A stretch of DNA of 64,000 bases from a virus (IMGVR_UViG_3300028888_000044:128001-192000); one strand, 5' to 3'. Numbered from the stretch's first letter, positions 10,301-19,756 are shown. The notes: generated by a model not told the origin, from the sequence alone. Translations and numbers: made by a program.

Positions 10301-13300
10301 AAGACAATATCAATTGAAAGGAAAAAGGCTGATAATGATGACCTTGAAAAGCTTGTCAATTGTGAAAATATTGAAAATACTGATGTAACAGAAGAATTTG
10401 GATTTATTGTTCCTACAGTTCAATACTATAATGAGGGCGATTGGTATTCTGTTGTTGGTACTATACCATCAACTGGTGTTACATTGTTTTCTTCACCAAT
10501 ATATTATGCTTGCAGCAATCCTATTGGTAGGGCAATGCTGTTCTTGGATAATATGAGGATGCACGATGTGAACAAGTTCATAGATGTTCTTACAAGCGAT
10601 TCAAAGGATGGTAGTTCTGCTTTCGTATATACAACAAAGGTAAATGCATTACTTTTAGGTGCATATCTTTATTACAAAGAACATACTGATATGTTTGATA
10701 GTATAAAATATTATCAAGAAGAAGGAATCGGTATTCATGTAGTGCGTACAGATTTGGAAAGAGAATTACATAACGAATATGATAAACTCACCAATGAAGG
10801 GGATACTAGTAAAAGACTACATAATTGTGGTGACTTGAATAGTAAGATTGATAAGCTACACGAAGGTACGAAGGCAAGATTTGTAAAGTATTTCCTTGAT
10901 TGGGTAGAGTCTGACTTTCCAAAATATCAGAATGCTTTTGAGCTTAAGAGTAAGAGCACAAATTCATCTTTGACCGCAAAGGAATGCAAGCAATTCCTTG
11001 AATATGCGAAGAACGGAAACGAATGGCAGCTTAACAGTTTGGTTGAATCAAATTTCAACAGCAATTATGTATCAATAAACACTAAAGGCGGTATATTCTT
11101 TAGGGAAAATACTGAAATAGTAAAGAAACTGACAAATTTCACTGTTCAGCCTATTCTGATTATAAAGAATTATTTCAATTCGACCAATGTCGAAATGAAC
11201 AGATTTGACAATGTTGCTAAAACAATGACTGATGGTGATTTCTCTTGTTATGTAAGAGGATTCGTGGCAAAAATGAAGGATTTGGTTCAAAATGATTTGG
11301 TTGATGAAAGGACATTCACGCCAATATCAGCAGTAAAAGAACCCGATACTACAAAGGATATTCAGATTGCACTGTACAAGTACCTTAAGATTCTTCACGA
11401 CAAGTGGCTTGGTGCTACAAGTTTCGACACTTGGAAGATGGAGCATTTCTTCAAGGAGCATTTTGCTTTTATAGATTCATATTATTATGATATTGGTGAT
11501 AAGGTGATTGTCAACCCAATAGATATGTGCAAACTTATCTGTCGTTCAGAAGCCCAACGTAAATTCTCACTTATATCTTTCATTACAACAATGCTACAAG
11601 AGAATAACTTGGCATTTATGTGTGTACAGAACTTTTTGAAGCTGAAGACAACTGATTATGATAATAGTGGTAAGATGTATGTTGATGCTATGCAAGATAT
11701 GTTTAAGCCAGTTGCATTTCTTGATATGAAGAAATTTGATGAAAACCCTTATTTCGTCACAATATACAAGAGTGAACCTTCAACGAGCTTGAATATCAAA
11801 GGTTCGATGTATGTAGATGATTCTTTTATGTTGAATTATGGTGATTCATCTTTATGGCCAGAGGCAATTCACAGCAAGAGCAATGAGAATGGTTATCCAA
11901 TACCAGCATTTGGAGTTACCTATGGTAGTCAATATCAAAGCTATTTCACTGATGTGAACGTTGGAATGGATAGTGCTATGGTTACTGAACAGTCGTTGCA
12001 AGCACAATACATACTTGCAAGTATGAACAGTAAAACTGGTGGCGAAAGGGTTAATGACAAAGAAAACGGCACATCCGTGTTTGCTGTAGGTCAAGACTTG
12101 TATACAATATATGCGAATAATTCATATACTTGCACTGTTACAATGATGGGTTGTGCTTGGGTGCAACCGTTGATGTATTTCGTGTTGTTGAATATTCCAA
12201 TGTTCAGAGGTTCATATCTTATTGAGAAGGTGAAGCATTCTATTACACCAGGCAATATGGTTACTACATTCACTGGTGTAAGAATGGCAAATACACTTAC
12301 ACCATTTGTAAAGAGTCCTTTCTATTTGAAGGGTGATACATTGGATGGGACATATGCCGAACAGTATTACAAGGAGGCAAGATGTGCAAGCATTGACAAT
12401 AACTGTAAGTATGCTTGCTATCCAATTGGTTTAACGGCTTCGAATGGAGGTTTTGAAGAATCAATACTTGTCGAACCTAAGGGGTTCCAAAAGCATGGTG
12501 CAGCAGAAAACGACAATTTCAAGACACGTTATGACACTTTATTGGAGGCTTTGACTTGTACTGTTATTGCCGAATGCGGCACTAGTGACCAATTAGCAAT
12601 TGAGCTTGTTGCTACAGTATTGTTCAATAGGGTCAAGAACAAGGGTGATTTCCATATATTTGTGCCGAAGCAGATAGCTTATGACAAATATGACTCTCGT
12701 AATCATCCATCTGAATATGACAAGGTTTTACCTATAGTCAAGAATATATTCGTTAATACACCTATTGTTATTGTCGGTAAGACTACAAATGTAATCAATA
12801 GTGTAACGATATATGAAAATAATGAAAAGACAGAAGCAAAGACATCTCCAGTTACTATAACCAAAGAAATGGTACAGAAAATGTATATGTACTGTTCAAG
12901 GCAAGGGTATGATGAAAGCAATCCAAATACTGGTGAGGATTATCATCCAAATCCAAAGTTGGAAAAGACACCTTCTATGTGGAGGAAGCAGAAGTACTTA
13001 TGCCACCATGACCATAGCAATGTATATGGACACGTATTTACTAGTGGTGATGGGAACAAGACATATTGGGAATATGATGGAAATGCTAAAAAGAACATCA
13101 ATGATGCTGAAGACAATGGAATATCTGTCTTGGGTAATAGACTTATTACGGCATTGAATCAGACCATACAAGCGACAGACAGACTAACTTGTGTTGCAAG
13201 CGGTGTTTCTCTTGAAAATACTGACCCTAATCTTTTCTTGATTAAGTGTGATATTGTAGAGCAAGGCGCAAGTGTGTTCGATATTTTGTTGAACACTTAT

Positions 13301-14233
13301 TCCAATTACATAAGCGGAATCGGTTGGGTTTGCAACGACGTAAATAGTGTATCGTCAAAACAATATCCAGACGCTGTTTTGGTTATGGTTACAGATGGTA
13401 CGGCTATTGCAAGGGATGTTGCTATTTACACTTATTCTGATAGCACAATAAAACGAATTGAATCAATTGGAGACTTTGTAAATGATGCGTTCTTCAAGAG
13501 CTTGAGCAAGATGTATCCAGTTGCTGCTGTAAACGGTTTGAACAATTTAAAAAGGGACTGCAAACAGCTTGCTGGTTTGAGTGATGATGATATAAAGAAA
13601 CTGTTCTCTAAAGTTGATATTATACCTTGTACAAGTGTTATGCCTAAACCAAACGTAAATTTTGCTTCAAAGCCGTTTACACCTTCTTCCCCAAGGATTG
13701 GAAAGAATTGGGAAGAGGTTATTGGTGGTGGATTGGTTGAATGCGGATGTAACAAGTCAAAGGAAGAACAGATGGCTATAATGACAGATTTGTTTGGAGG
13801 TTCGTTCCCTTCTTCACCATATGGAATGAAGCAGTATCTTGCAGAATTCGAGGTTCCTTGTATGGGTACAGTACGAAAGGTATGGCTTCACAAGAAATTA
13901 GGACCAGATATTGTAAAGGCATTTACCGAATTGAGAGATAATGGCTTTATGGTTAGTGATGTCGGAAGCTATTGTTGGAGATATATAAACAACCCAAGGC
14001 TTAAAGGCTCTAATATCATGAGCAAGCATTCATATGGTATTGCAATTGACATAAATCCGTTGAAAAACCCATTCTTTAGAAGTGCCGAATCATATAGCGG
14101 TGTCGATGATGATGCCAACGGAGTGATAAGGACAGTAAACAGCCTAGCTGTTAAGATTCTTAAGAAATACGGTTGGGGTTGGGGAGGAAAGTATGGTGAC
14201 ACTATGCATTTCTCTTACTTGAACGGTTCTTAA
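7337..14233 (+). CDS. Baseplate hub (gp27/VgrG-like) fused to a SleB-like cell-wall hydrolase and a C-terminal M15 peptidase
   Basis: Hub-like CTVTMMGCAWVQP...GSYLIEKVKHSITPGNMVTTFTGVR. Hydrolase_2-like TVIAEC...VATVLFNRVK...HVF. M15-type R...SKHSYGIAIDINP...GWGWGG...DTMHFS. Confidence 0.7.
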   Translation: MNNAQDYSKVLYVEPNYNTNAEEKINTPYYLHDMEDYCIYVDLEVEIFDRNIEGLNGSHTLLFSWKTNKDGNETASFLSGSKIRYGGKDGDKGFQVLTTNFLNTHYDDVVEANTEKQSQNPELFGIKSIDIDYNNYAVPQVQIVFTDVRGASLFGPEEHRHHKTQNGIGGFADDDIAGSFFKCFFTFPYPKFTLMVKGFYGQGVSYQLTCSKFTTKFDSKNGNFDATAEFVGYSYSLLNDITLNAVLAAPLSDYVGMKYWLDRGGSLSSEEVGEDNIEASDNQSDAFTIIDANGEKIKMPTLNRILSLMDDLVSAKQADMENNRDVYQAANNNTELLHQLNNIMQVYDGLCAAIMESLKDNPLVYTETLTSDGSSCDVVGSHIVGIVAFTKSDNTNPMDVVNVNFAPYNHQIESYSNGLPSNVPRLKEAKVWSEVLDNTPRIKNDAPLKNFKDIKLQIGKAIADFPNKFKDLNGNVSQNAYVFDGTYFCQQMNMIMQSLTNDKISAELAIAEYDSKIMQSVLGFTPTVSNIMSIILAHLETLLHIIYTATEEVDNINNTPEYRKLSEFGISTAELTGLDIGADEKVPAWPRIVTKEPITNKWYNGWIGDFPHNGNIQPEANAVNGLLNGIRYIQASIDNAAQALNTNEGTNVVTYCKSRVAYPLVPSDIVEEENPFGYSFFNTDYTVEDAVSNMESNMFVRMCNLFLVDNVRPYNDNGKYQSTNIKDDLVTQMGRIDAVNFYSIYKQHFSNDFKNHIISVDFNADRFFEDFKKPNYYWSDFDSESRYTLCDIRNPQAPMSVFNVWFGNEKINKNLVRNGASISFMLTYGRASHTNRYYYDSENDEGNDKVIYIKENIRYLDNLDSCFNVSALNLEHGNDDTSTYTNLFNEMFDENCHYNGSRIYGEQFSYSNSNDRHATYERNFCYKWTVSDETIKLLPHKNNGIIPLAPRSKTEAESDSVIPVRGGWFTSDIDNDEREVQVIEDGKEKTISIERKKADNDDLEKLVNCENIENTDVTEEFGFIVPTVQYYNEGDWYSVVGTIPSTGVTLFSSPIYYACSNPIGRAMLFLDNMRMHDVNKFIDVLTSDSKDGSSAFVYTTKVNALLLGAYLYYKEHTDMFDSIKYYQEEGIGIHVVRTDLERELHNEYDKLTNEGDTSKRLHNCGDLNSKIDKLHEGTKARFVKYFLDWVESDFPKYQNAFELKSKSTNSSLTAKECKQFLEYAKNGNEWQLNSLVESNFNSNYVSINTKGGIFFRENTEIVKKLTNFTVQPILIIKNYFNSTNVEMNRFDNVAKTMTDGDFSCYVRGFVAKMKDLVQNDLVDERTFTPISAVKEPDTTKDIQIALYKYLKILHDKWLGATSFDTWKMEHFFKEHFAFIDSYYYDIGDKVIVNPIDMCKLICRSEAQRKFSLISFITTMLQENNLAFMCVQNFLKLKTTDYDNSGKMYVDAMQDMFKPVAFLDMKKFDENPYFVTIYKSEPSTSLNIKGSMYVDDSFMLNYGDSSLWPEAIHSKSNENGYPIPAFGVTYGSQYQSYFTDVNVGMDSAMVTEQSLQAQYILASMNSKTGGERVNDKENGTSVFAVGQDLYTIYANNSYTCTVTMMGCAWVQPLMYFVLLNIPMFRGSYLIEKVKHSITPGNMVTTFTGVRMANTLTPFVKSPFYLKGDTLDGTYAEQYYKEARCASIDNNCKYACYPIGLTASNGGFEESILVEPKGFQKHGAAENDNFKTRYDTLLEALTCTVIAECGTSDQLAIELVATVLFNRVKNKGDFHIFVPKQIAYDKYDSRNHPSEYDKVLPIVKNIFVNTPIVIVGKTTNVINSVTIYENNEKTEAKTSPVTITKEMVQKMYMYCSRQGYDESNPNTGEDYHPNPKLEKTPSMWRKQKYLCHHDHSNVYGHVFTSGDGNKTYWEYDGNAKKNINDAEDNGISVLGNRLITALNQTIQATDRLTCVASGVSLENTDPNLFLIKCDIVEQGASVFDILLNTYSNYISGIGWVCNDVNSVSSKQYPDAVLVMVTDGTAIARDVAIYTYSDSTIKRIESIGDFVNDAFFKSLSKMYPVAAVNGLNNLKRDCKQLAGLSDDDIKKLFSKVDIIPCTSVMPKPNVNFASKPFTPSSPRIGKNWEEVIGGGLVECGCNKSKEEQMAIMTDLFGGSFPSSPYGMKQYLAEFEVPCMGTVRKVWLHKKLGPDIVKAFTELRDNGFMVSDVGSYCWRYINNPRLKGSNIMSKHSYGIAIDINPLKNPFFRSAESYSGVDDDANGVIRTVNSLAVKILKKYGWGWGGKYGDTMHFSYLNGS

Positions 14234-14280
14234 TTTCTGTTTTTTCCAAAAAAATTATATACTCATTAAAATTTCAATAT

Positions 14281-14883
14281 ATGAATTATCTTGGGTATAT
14301 ATTTTCGAAAGGCAAGGTTAAGTTGAATTGCAGCTTTATAAAGGTTGTCAAAGATTTTTCTTTGGTTGAGTTAGACAAGCCTTGTTTGATATGTGGTTTA
14401 TCCGAAGCTAAGGAAATTGCTTCGGATAAATTTTCTATTTTGAACAAGAAGATTAGTGATAATCTTTATTGGACTTTCGGAAGAACTGAAAAAAGGGACG
14501 AGCATGAAAAGGACATTGCTTCTTTCTGTAATTCTGTATTCAACGAATATGTTGGTACAATAAGGTATATGTACTTGAATGTAATGAATATTAGCTACAG
14601 TATAGCAAAAAGACTTCTGAATTTTGTATTTTCTTCGAAAAAGAAGTATATTTATATATGGAACGAGATGGTTTATATCTCTTGCAACAACAAGACTGTT
14701 GTCGGAATATCTATTAAGATATGCAGATATTGCGGCATAGACATTATGAAGCTTATGGAATCTGTTTCAAGCAACGAATATAATGTAATAATCGATGATG
14801 ACAGACAGATACCATACAATATACTAAAGGTTGTAAAAGACAAGAGGTTTGCCGTTCCATTTATATTACAATTGAAGGATTAG
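14281..14883 (+). CDS. Hypothetical phage protein
   Basis: 200-aa ORF with ATG start and phage-like codon usage; no recognised motif. Confidence 0.7.
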   Translation: MNYLGYIFSKGKVKLNCSFIKVVKDFSLVELDKPCLICGLSEAKEIASDKFSILNKKISDNLYWTFGRTEKRDEHEKDIASFCNSVFNEYVGTIRYMYLNVMNISYSIAKRLLNFVFSSKKKYIYIWNEMVYISCNNKTVVGISIKICRYCGIDIMKLMESVSSNEYNVIIDDDRQIPYNILKVVKDKRFAVPFILQLKD

Positions 14884-14886
14884 AAA

Positions 14887-15273
14887 ATGGAAAAGAAGGA
14901 AGTATTAGTTGGTAAATTTGTAAAGAAAAACAACATCTTGACTTATCTTGAAGGCATACACAACAAGTACGATGTCAAGTACGGCAATTTGTTTGTTTAT
15001 ACAGTAGATGGTAACAAGTCTGAATATTTGGTTACATTCAAGATATGCTCTGACAAGAAGGTAATAAAGAATGATATTGTCGGTAGTATGATATTACACT
15101 ACAAGAAGGGGTGTATATTCTCGATAAATGCTCTAAACAGCTTGACTGGAAACGAAAACAATGAGACTGTTGATTGGTCGAAATATAATGGCAAACTAAT
15201 ACTTATGTCAAATGGTAACATAAATGTAAAGATTGTTACTAAAATAGATGATAAGACTCTTTTTTTCAATTAA
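14887..15273 (+). CDS. Hypothetical phage protein
   Basis: 128-aa ORF starting 3 nt after the upstream stop; function not recognised. Confidence 0.7.
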   Translation: MEKKEVLVGKFVKKNNILTYLEGIHNKYDVKYGNLFVYTVDGNKSEYLVTFKICSDKKVIKNDIVGSMILHYKKGCIFSINALNSLTGNENNETVDWSKYNGKLILMSNGNINVKIVTKIDDKTLFFN

Positions 15274-15278
15274 TAAGA

Positions 15279-15285
15279 TATTTAT
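15279..15285 (+). promoter_or_regulatory. Putative late promoter motif TATTTAT
   Basis: gaTATTTATa 13 nt upstream of ATG 15299; same motif precedes other virion-type genes. Confidence 0.45.
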
Positions 15286-15298
15286 ATAAAAATATGTT

Positions 15299-15577
15299 AT
15301 GAGATTTGTAAATAAAAAAGTAGCTAAAAGGAAACCATATCTGTTGTCACGTCACACGGTTAGCAAGAGTGTGGAAGCTGTTATTACAGATAAGATTGAA
15401 GAAAATAATGATAAAAAAGAAAAAGTTATGACTACTCAAGAAAAGATTAACGCAGCAAGTGAAATTTTAGCTTCACAACCTGTTAAGAAAATAAAGAAGG
15501 ACAAGGGGCTTATTGAACGTACAGAAAGTTCCAAGACTATTTTGACTGAAGACAACAAAGAATTACTTACTGATTAA
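15299..15577 (+). CDS. Small hypothetical protein (possibly head-associated)
   Basis: 92-aa ORF after the TATTTAT motif; C-terminus GLIERTESSKTILTEDNKELLTD. Confidence 0.6.
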   Translation: MRFVNKKVAKRKPYLLSRHTVSKSVEAVITDKIEENNDKKEKVMTTQEKINAASEILASQPVKKIKKDKGLIERTESSKTILTEDNKELLTD

Positions 15578-15588
15578 GAAACAACAAA

Positions 15589-16506
15589 ATGAACAAGGAA
15601 TATCTAAAGGAAAACGGTTTATATGAGGCACACAAGCAATTTATGCGTTTGTGTGAATGGTCATATTATAACCATACTCCGCTTGAGGAAGATGATACCC
15701 AAGATGACCAAAACCAGATGGGTGGTAATGACCCAATGGGAGGCGGTAACGACCCAATGGGAGGTGGCAACGCTCCTATGGGTGGCGGTAATAACCAAAT
15801 GGGTGGTGGCGCTGACCAAATGGGTGGAGGCAACGACCCTATGGGAGGCGGTAACGACCCTATGGCTGGTGGTAATGACCCTATGGCTGGTGGTAATGAC
15901 CCAATGGGAGGCGGTAGCGACCCTATGGGTGGAGGTAGTGACCCAATGGGAGGTGGTGATGACCAAATGGATGGCGGTGATGACCCAATGATGGGAGATG
16001 ACCCTATGATGGGAGATGAAGAAGACCCAATGGGTGATGAAGAGGAAGAGGACGAGGAAGTGCTTGATATAGATGACTTGACTGATGCCCAAGAGAAGGT
16101 TAATGACAAGGTTAACCATGTAGGTAGGAATCTTGGTACAATTGACAAGACAATTACAAAGCTCATGAGTACAATAAACAAGATGGAGGATATGATAAAC
16201 AACACAAATTCCAAGATTGAGTCCTTGAATCAAGAGTTCCAAAAGAGGGTTAAGACACCTACAGAAAAGTTGAATCTGCGTTCACTTGATTCATATCCAT
16301 TTAATGTAAAGCCTACTGATTATTGGGATAAGTTTGCTGAAGAAAACCCAAACTATGAAATAGGTGAGAGAAATGATGCTCCTACTGGTCAAGACGAATA
16401 TGTAATCAAGCAAAAGGATATTAGCGATAGGAATGACAGAGACATTGAGCATAGCTTCATTGATGATGAAATGAGGCAAGACATCAATAAGATTTTTGGT
16501 ATTTAA
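15589..16506 (+). CDS. Acidic low-complexity protein with GGNDPMG repeats and a coiled coil (possible scaffold/core protein)
   Basis: N-terminal LKE/LYE/LCE/LEE motifs, Gly/Met/Asp heptad repeats, poly-acidic tract, then a heptad coiled coil. Confidence 0.5.
   Translation: MNKEYLKENGLYEAHKQFMRLCEWSYYNHTPLEEDDTQDDQNQMGGNDPMGGGNDPMGGGNAPMGGGNNQMGGGADQMGGGNDPMGGGNDPMAGGNDPMAGGNDPMGGGSDPMGGGSDPMGGGDDQMDGGDDPMMGDDPMMGDEEDPMGDEEEEDEEVLDIDDLTDAQEKVNDKVNHVGRNLGTIDKTITKLMSTINKMEDMINNTNSKIESLNQEFQKRVKTPTEKLNLRSLDSYPFNVKPTDYWDKFAEENPNYEIGERNDAPTGQDEYVIKQKDISDRNDRDIEHSFIDDEMRQDINKIFGI
15718..16040 (+). repeat. Coding tandem repeat, 21-bp unit (about ATGGGWGGYGGTAAYGACCCW) degenerating into shorter units
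   Basis: About 12 or more imperfect copies encoding MGGGNDP, read directly from the sequence. Confidence 0.9.
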
Positions 16507-16517
16507 TTAAAATAAAA

Positions 16518-16552
16518 ATGGCAATAGTTTTACTACTATTGCTATTTTTTTT
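16518..16552 (+). terminator. Rho-independent terminator
   Basis: ATGGCAATAGT/ACTATTGCTAT stem followed by a T run, just after stop 16506. Confidence 0.7.
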
Positions 16553-16581
16553 ATATAATAACATTATAAATATATTTTATA

Positions 16582-16866
16582 ATGGAATTAATTTTTAAAT
16601 TGTTATTCTGTCATTTATTTGGAGATTATGTATTACAAAATAACTTTATAGCTAGTACTAAAGGATATAACTGGTATCATCTGTTTGTACACTGTTTTTT
16701 GTACGCGCTGCCTTTTTATGTTGTGTTCGGAATGTGTTGGCAATTGTATGTTATTATTGCCACACATTTGATTGTTGACGCAGCCAAAGCAAGATATAAT
16801 TCAATTACATATACACAAGACCAAATTATTCATTATCTGACAATGGTGATATTTTTTATAGAATAG
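16582..16866 (+). CDS. DUF3307-like small membrane protein
   Basis: HLFGDYVLQ...HLFVH...HLIVDAAK...DQIIH pattern with hydrophobic helices. Confidence 0.75.
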   Translation: MELIFKLLFCHLFGDYVLQNNFIASTKGYNWYHLFVHCFLYALPFYVVFGMCWQLYVIIATHLIVDAAKARYNSITYTQDQIIHYLTMVIFFIE

Positions 16867-17032
16867 CACCATTATTTTCGTATATTTTTATGTGACGAAA
16901 TATTTATAATAAATGGCAATTTTGTTGCTGTTTTATTTATTTATTTTGTTTTTTTTATATAAAATTAACACTGGTAAGACGATTTTTAATTTTTTACTTT
17001 ACAATAATTTTTTTTTAAATTTTTTATTTTTT

Positions 17033-17953
17033 ATGTCTAATTTTGAATCAAACATTACACCAGATGATGTTATTGAGCAGTTGAACAATGCTGCAAAACC
17101 AAAGAATTTTGTTTCTTTTGACCCAAAGAATTACTTGAACACCAAATTAGAGAACGGTGAATCTAGCAAAACTATCACTATTAGGCTTCTTCCTATAAAC
17201 AAGGATGGAGGTTTTCCTTTTCAAAAAGTTCATATGCATACAATTAAGGTAAACAAAGAGGTTTCTCCAAGCGGTTGGAAGACATTGCCATGTCCTATCC
17301 AAAACGAGCTTGGTGACACTTGCCCATTCTGTGAGGTATCAAACCAAGCGTATGAAATGAAGAAAAAGGCAACAAACGACTCTGAAAAGAAGAAGTACGA
17401 TGAAATCAATATGCACAACAGAGCAAGGACAATGTATGTTGTAAGGTGCATAGAACGTGACCACGAGAATGATGGTGTTAAGTTTTGGCTTATGTCAGGC
17501 GCAAAGGAAGGCCCTTATGAGAAGATTATGAAGCTTTGGTCAGCTCGTTACAAGCAAGGATTGAAGATGAACCAAAATCTGAATATTTTTGACTTGAACA
17601 ATGGATACGATTTGGAGGTTACTATCAGCAAAGGTACTGATGGAAAGAACGTTTATTCAGTTGTAGACTCAAAGTTTGCCTCTCCATTGACAAATGATTT
17701 CGAGCTTGGAAACAAGTGGATTAATGATGAAAAGAAGTGGTCTGACGTATATAAGGTCAAGCCTTATGATTATATGTCTATTCTTCTTGACGGTGATGTG
17801 CCTTATTTCAATAAGGAAAAGAATTGTTATGTTGGAAAGCTTGCGGAAAGTAATGGTAATCAAGAAGAGGAAACTCAAGATGATGACCCAGAACCAATTG
17901 AGTTTCCTCCTTATTCTGCACCTTCAACAGAAGACACTGACCTTCCATATTAA
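17033..17953 (+). CDS. Single-stranded DNA-binding protein, T4 gp32-like
   Basis: IRLLP...PF..VHMH...CP...CPFC zinc site, GVKFW, NIFD..NG.DL and an acidic tail ending DTDLPY. Start moved to ATG 17033 because the upstream 40 codons are a T-rich leader. Confidence 0.85.
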   Translation: MSNFESNITPDDVIEQLNNAAKPKNFVSFDPKNYLNTKLENGESSKTITIRLLPINKDGGFPFQKVHMHTIKVNKEVSPSGWKTLPCPIQNELGDTCPFCEVSNQAYEMKKKATNDSEKKKYDEINMHNRARTMYVVRCIERDHENDGVKFWLMSGAKEGPYEKIMKLWSARYKQGLKMNQNLNIFDLNNGYDLEVTISKGTDGKNVYSVVDSKFASPLTNDFELGNKWINDEKKWSDVYKVKPYDYMSILLDGDVPYFNKEKNCYVGKLAESNGNQEEETQDDDPEPIEFPPYSAPSTEDTDLPY

Positions 17954-18606
17954 TGCTATTTGACATGGTTACGAACAACAGTAGATTAGTTTTTAATTAT
18001 GGCTCTATGAGTAGCGGCAAAAGCTTGAATTTGCTGATAAAGGCTCATAATTTGGATGAGAAGGGAATACCAATATTGGTAATAAAGCCATCTATAGACA
18101 CAAGAGAGGAAGCAGCAGTAGTAAGGTCAAGAATTGGTATTGAACGCCCTTGCATTCTTGTTGACAAGAAGACTAATCTGTTCAATCTTGCGATTAAGAA
18201 CAGATTTTGTAGAATAATTCTTGTTGATGAATGCCAGTTTTTAACGGCACAACAAGTAGACCAATTGGCGAAGGTTGTAGATACAATCGGTATCAATGTA
18301 ATTTGCTACGGCTTGCGTACAGATTTTAAGTCACGTCTATTTGCTGGTTCAAAAAGACTATTTGAAATTGCAGATTCTATTGAGGAACTTAAGTCATATT
18401 GTGACTGCGGTAAAAAGGCAATAATAAATGCTCGATTTGATTCAAGCGGTAATATGATTGTTGATGGCGAACAGATTGTTATTGGTGGTGATGACACTTA
18501 TAGAGCAATATGTAGGGAATGTTTTTTTAATAATTTGAATAAAATAAGCATTAATAATGAAACAAGCAATAAAGAAGGGGACAACGATAAAGAAATTCAA
18601 CCTTGA
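17953..18606 (+). CDS. tdk: Thymidine kinase
   Basis: GSMSSGKS P-loop, KPSIDTR, VDECQFL, YGLRTDF, CDCG and YRAICREC zinc motifs. Confidence 0.95.
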   Translation: MLFDMVTNNSRLVFNYGSMSSGKSLNLLIKAHNLDEKGIPILVIKPSIDTREEAAVVRSRIGIERPCILVDKKTNLFNLAIKNRFCRIILVDECQFLTAQQVDQLAKVVDTIGINVICYGLRTDFKSRLFAGSKRLFEIADSIEELKSYCDCGKKAIINARFDSSGNMIVDGEQIVIGGDDTYRAICRECFFNNLNKISINNETSNKEGDNDKEIQP

Positions 18607-19756
18607 CGAATTAAAGGCAGAGATGGGTTATTCAAGAAAAGGTAATGACCTTGCAGCAAGTATTGCTGACAAACCAATGGACTTTATTCCAATGCCAAAG
18701 GCATTTAATGAAGCATTAAAACTTCCAGGTTTTCCAATGGGATATATGAGCATCATAACTGGTTGGTCAAACACTGGTAAGTCTACATTGGTTAATTGCC
18801 TTATTGCAAGCTGTATAAACAATGGAATTCTTCCAGTTATTTATGATACAGAAAACAACTTTGACTTTTCGTATGCAATAGATTGTGGTATGAAGGCTAC
18901 ACCTGAATATGGTGATGTTGATGTTGAAACTGTTGATGAGGAAACAGGTGAGGTAACAGTAACTACAGAAAGACAGATTGTTGATTGGAATGGCGATTTC
19001 TTCTATTATAACAGTAGAAAATTGGCTGATACATATGGAATGAATGATTATGCAACTGGTAAGCAGACAACAAAGAAGAGAAATACTGCGGTTATTGAGG
19101 ATATTGCATATTCTATAAATGAATTCCTTGATAAGCAAGAAGATGGCAAAATACCTATGCCTATCTGCTTCATTTGGGACTCTGTTGGTTCAATCATTTC
19201 ATTCAAGAGCCTTATGAGCAAAACAGGAAACAATATGTTTGACGCTGGTGCTTTAAGTTCAGCTTTCACGAACATTTTGAACAATAGGATTCCTACTTCA
19301 AGGAAGGTTTCTTCACCATATACAAACTCGTTTGTGTGCGTCAACAAGATTTGGAATGATTCTATGAATAGTACAATGGGATTGCCTTCAATTGAACTCA
19401 AGGGCGGTAAAGCATTCTTCTATGCTGCAAGGCTCATCATCCACTTGGGAGGTGTGGCAAAGGCTGCGATTAAGAAGCTTAATGCAACTGTCAAGGGACA
19501 GACTTATACTTACGGTACTGTCAGCAAGATTAAGGTTAACAAGAATCAGTTGCCAACACCTTACAACATTACATATGAAGGTGAAATAGCTTGTGTGCAC
19601 AACGGTCTTTGCAGCATAGATGACATTGATGATTACAAGAAGAATAACATCAAGGACATCTTGAAGAGAATTGAGAGCATTGGTGACAGTAGTGTAAGTG
19701 ACGATGATGCAAAATCAATGGCATTTACCGAAGAGGAAACAACTGAAATATTCTGA
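18557..19756 (+). CDS. uvsX: RecA/UvsX-like recombinase
   Basis: ITGWSNTGKST Walker A, YDTE, FIWDSVGS Walker B, KGGKAFFY, KVNKN. Confidence 0.85.
   Translation: MKQAIKKGTTIKKFNLDELKAEMGYSRKGNDLAASIADKPMDFIPMPKAFNEALKLPGFPMGYMSIITGWSNTGKSTLVNCLIASCINNGILPVIYDTENNFDFSYAIDCGMKATPEYGDVDVETVDEETGEVTVTTERQIVDWNGDFFYYNSRKLADTYGMNDYATGKQTTKKRNTAVIEDIAYSINEFLDKQEDGKIPMPICFIWDSVGSIISFKSLMSKTGNNMFDAGALSSAFTNILNNRIPTSRKVSSPYTNSFVCVNKIWNDSMNSTMGLPSIELKGGKAFFYAARLIIHLGGVAKAAIKKLNATVKGQTYTYGTVSKIKVNKNQLPTPYNITYEGEIACVHNGLCSIDDIDDYKKNNIKDILKRIESIGDSSVSDDDAKSMAFTEEETTEIF

Noticed and set aside
14281-15273. TAG recoding or readthrough (TAG-AAA-ATG keeps the two ORFs in frame)
   Set aside because: Multi-kilobase genes are intact under the standard code and not fragmented at TAG; one in-frame junction is expected by chance.
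15718-16040. Possible CRISPR array
   Set aside because: Repeats are contiguous, in-frame and degenerate at third positions, with no unique spacers and no cas genes in the window.
15623-16242. Alternative-frame and antisense ORFs over the 21-bp repeat (PPPIGSL and WEAVTT repeats)
   Set aside because: Shadows of the stop-poor tandem repeat in 15589..16506; no independent start context.
16913-17032. Hydrophobic N-terminal extension (signal/TM) on the SSB in the ORF track
   Set aside because: It is the translation of a T-rich leader; the gp32-like sequence plausibly starts at ATG 17033.
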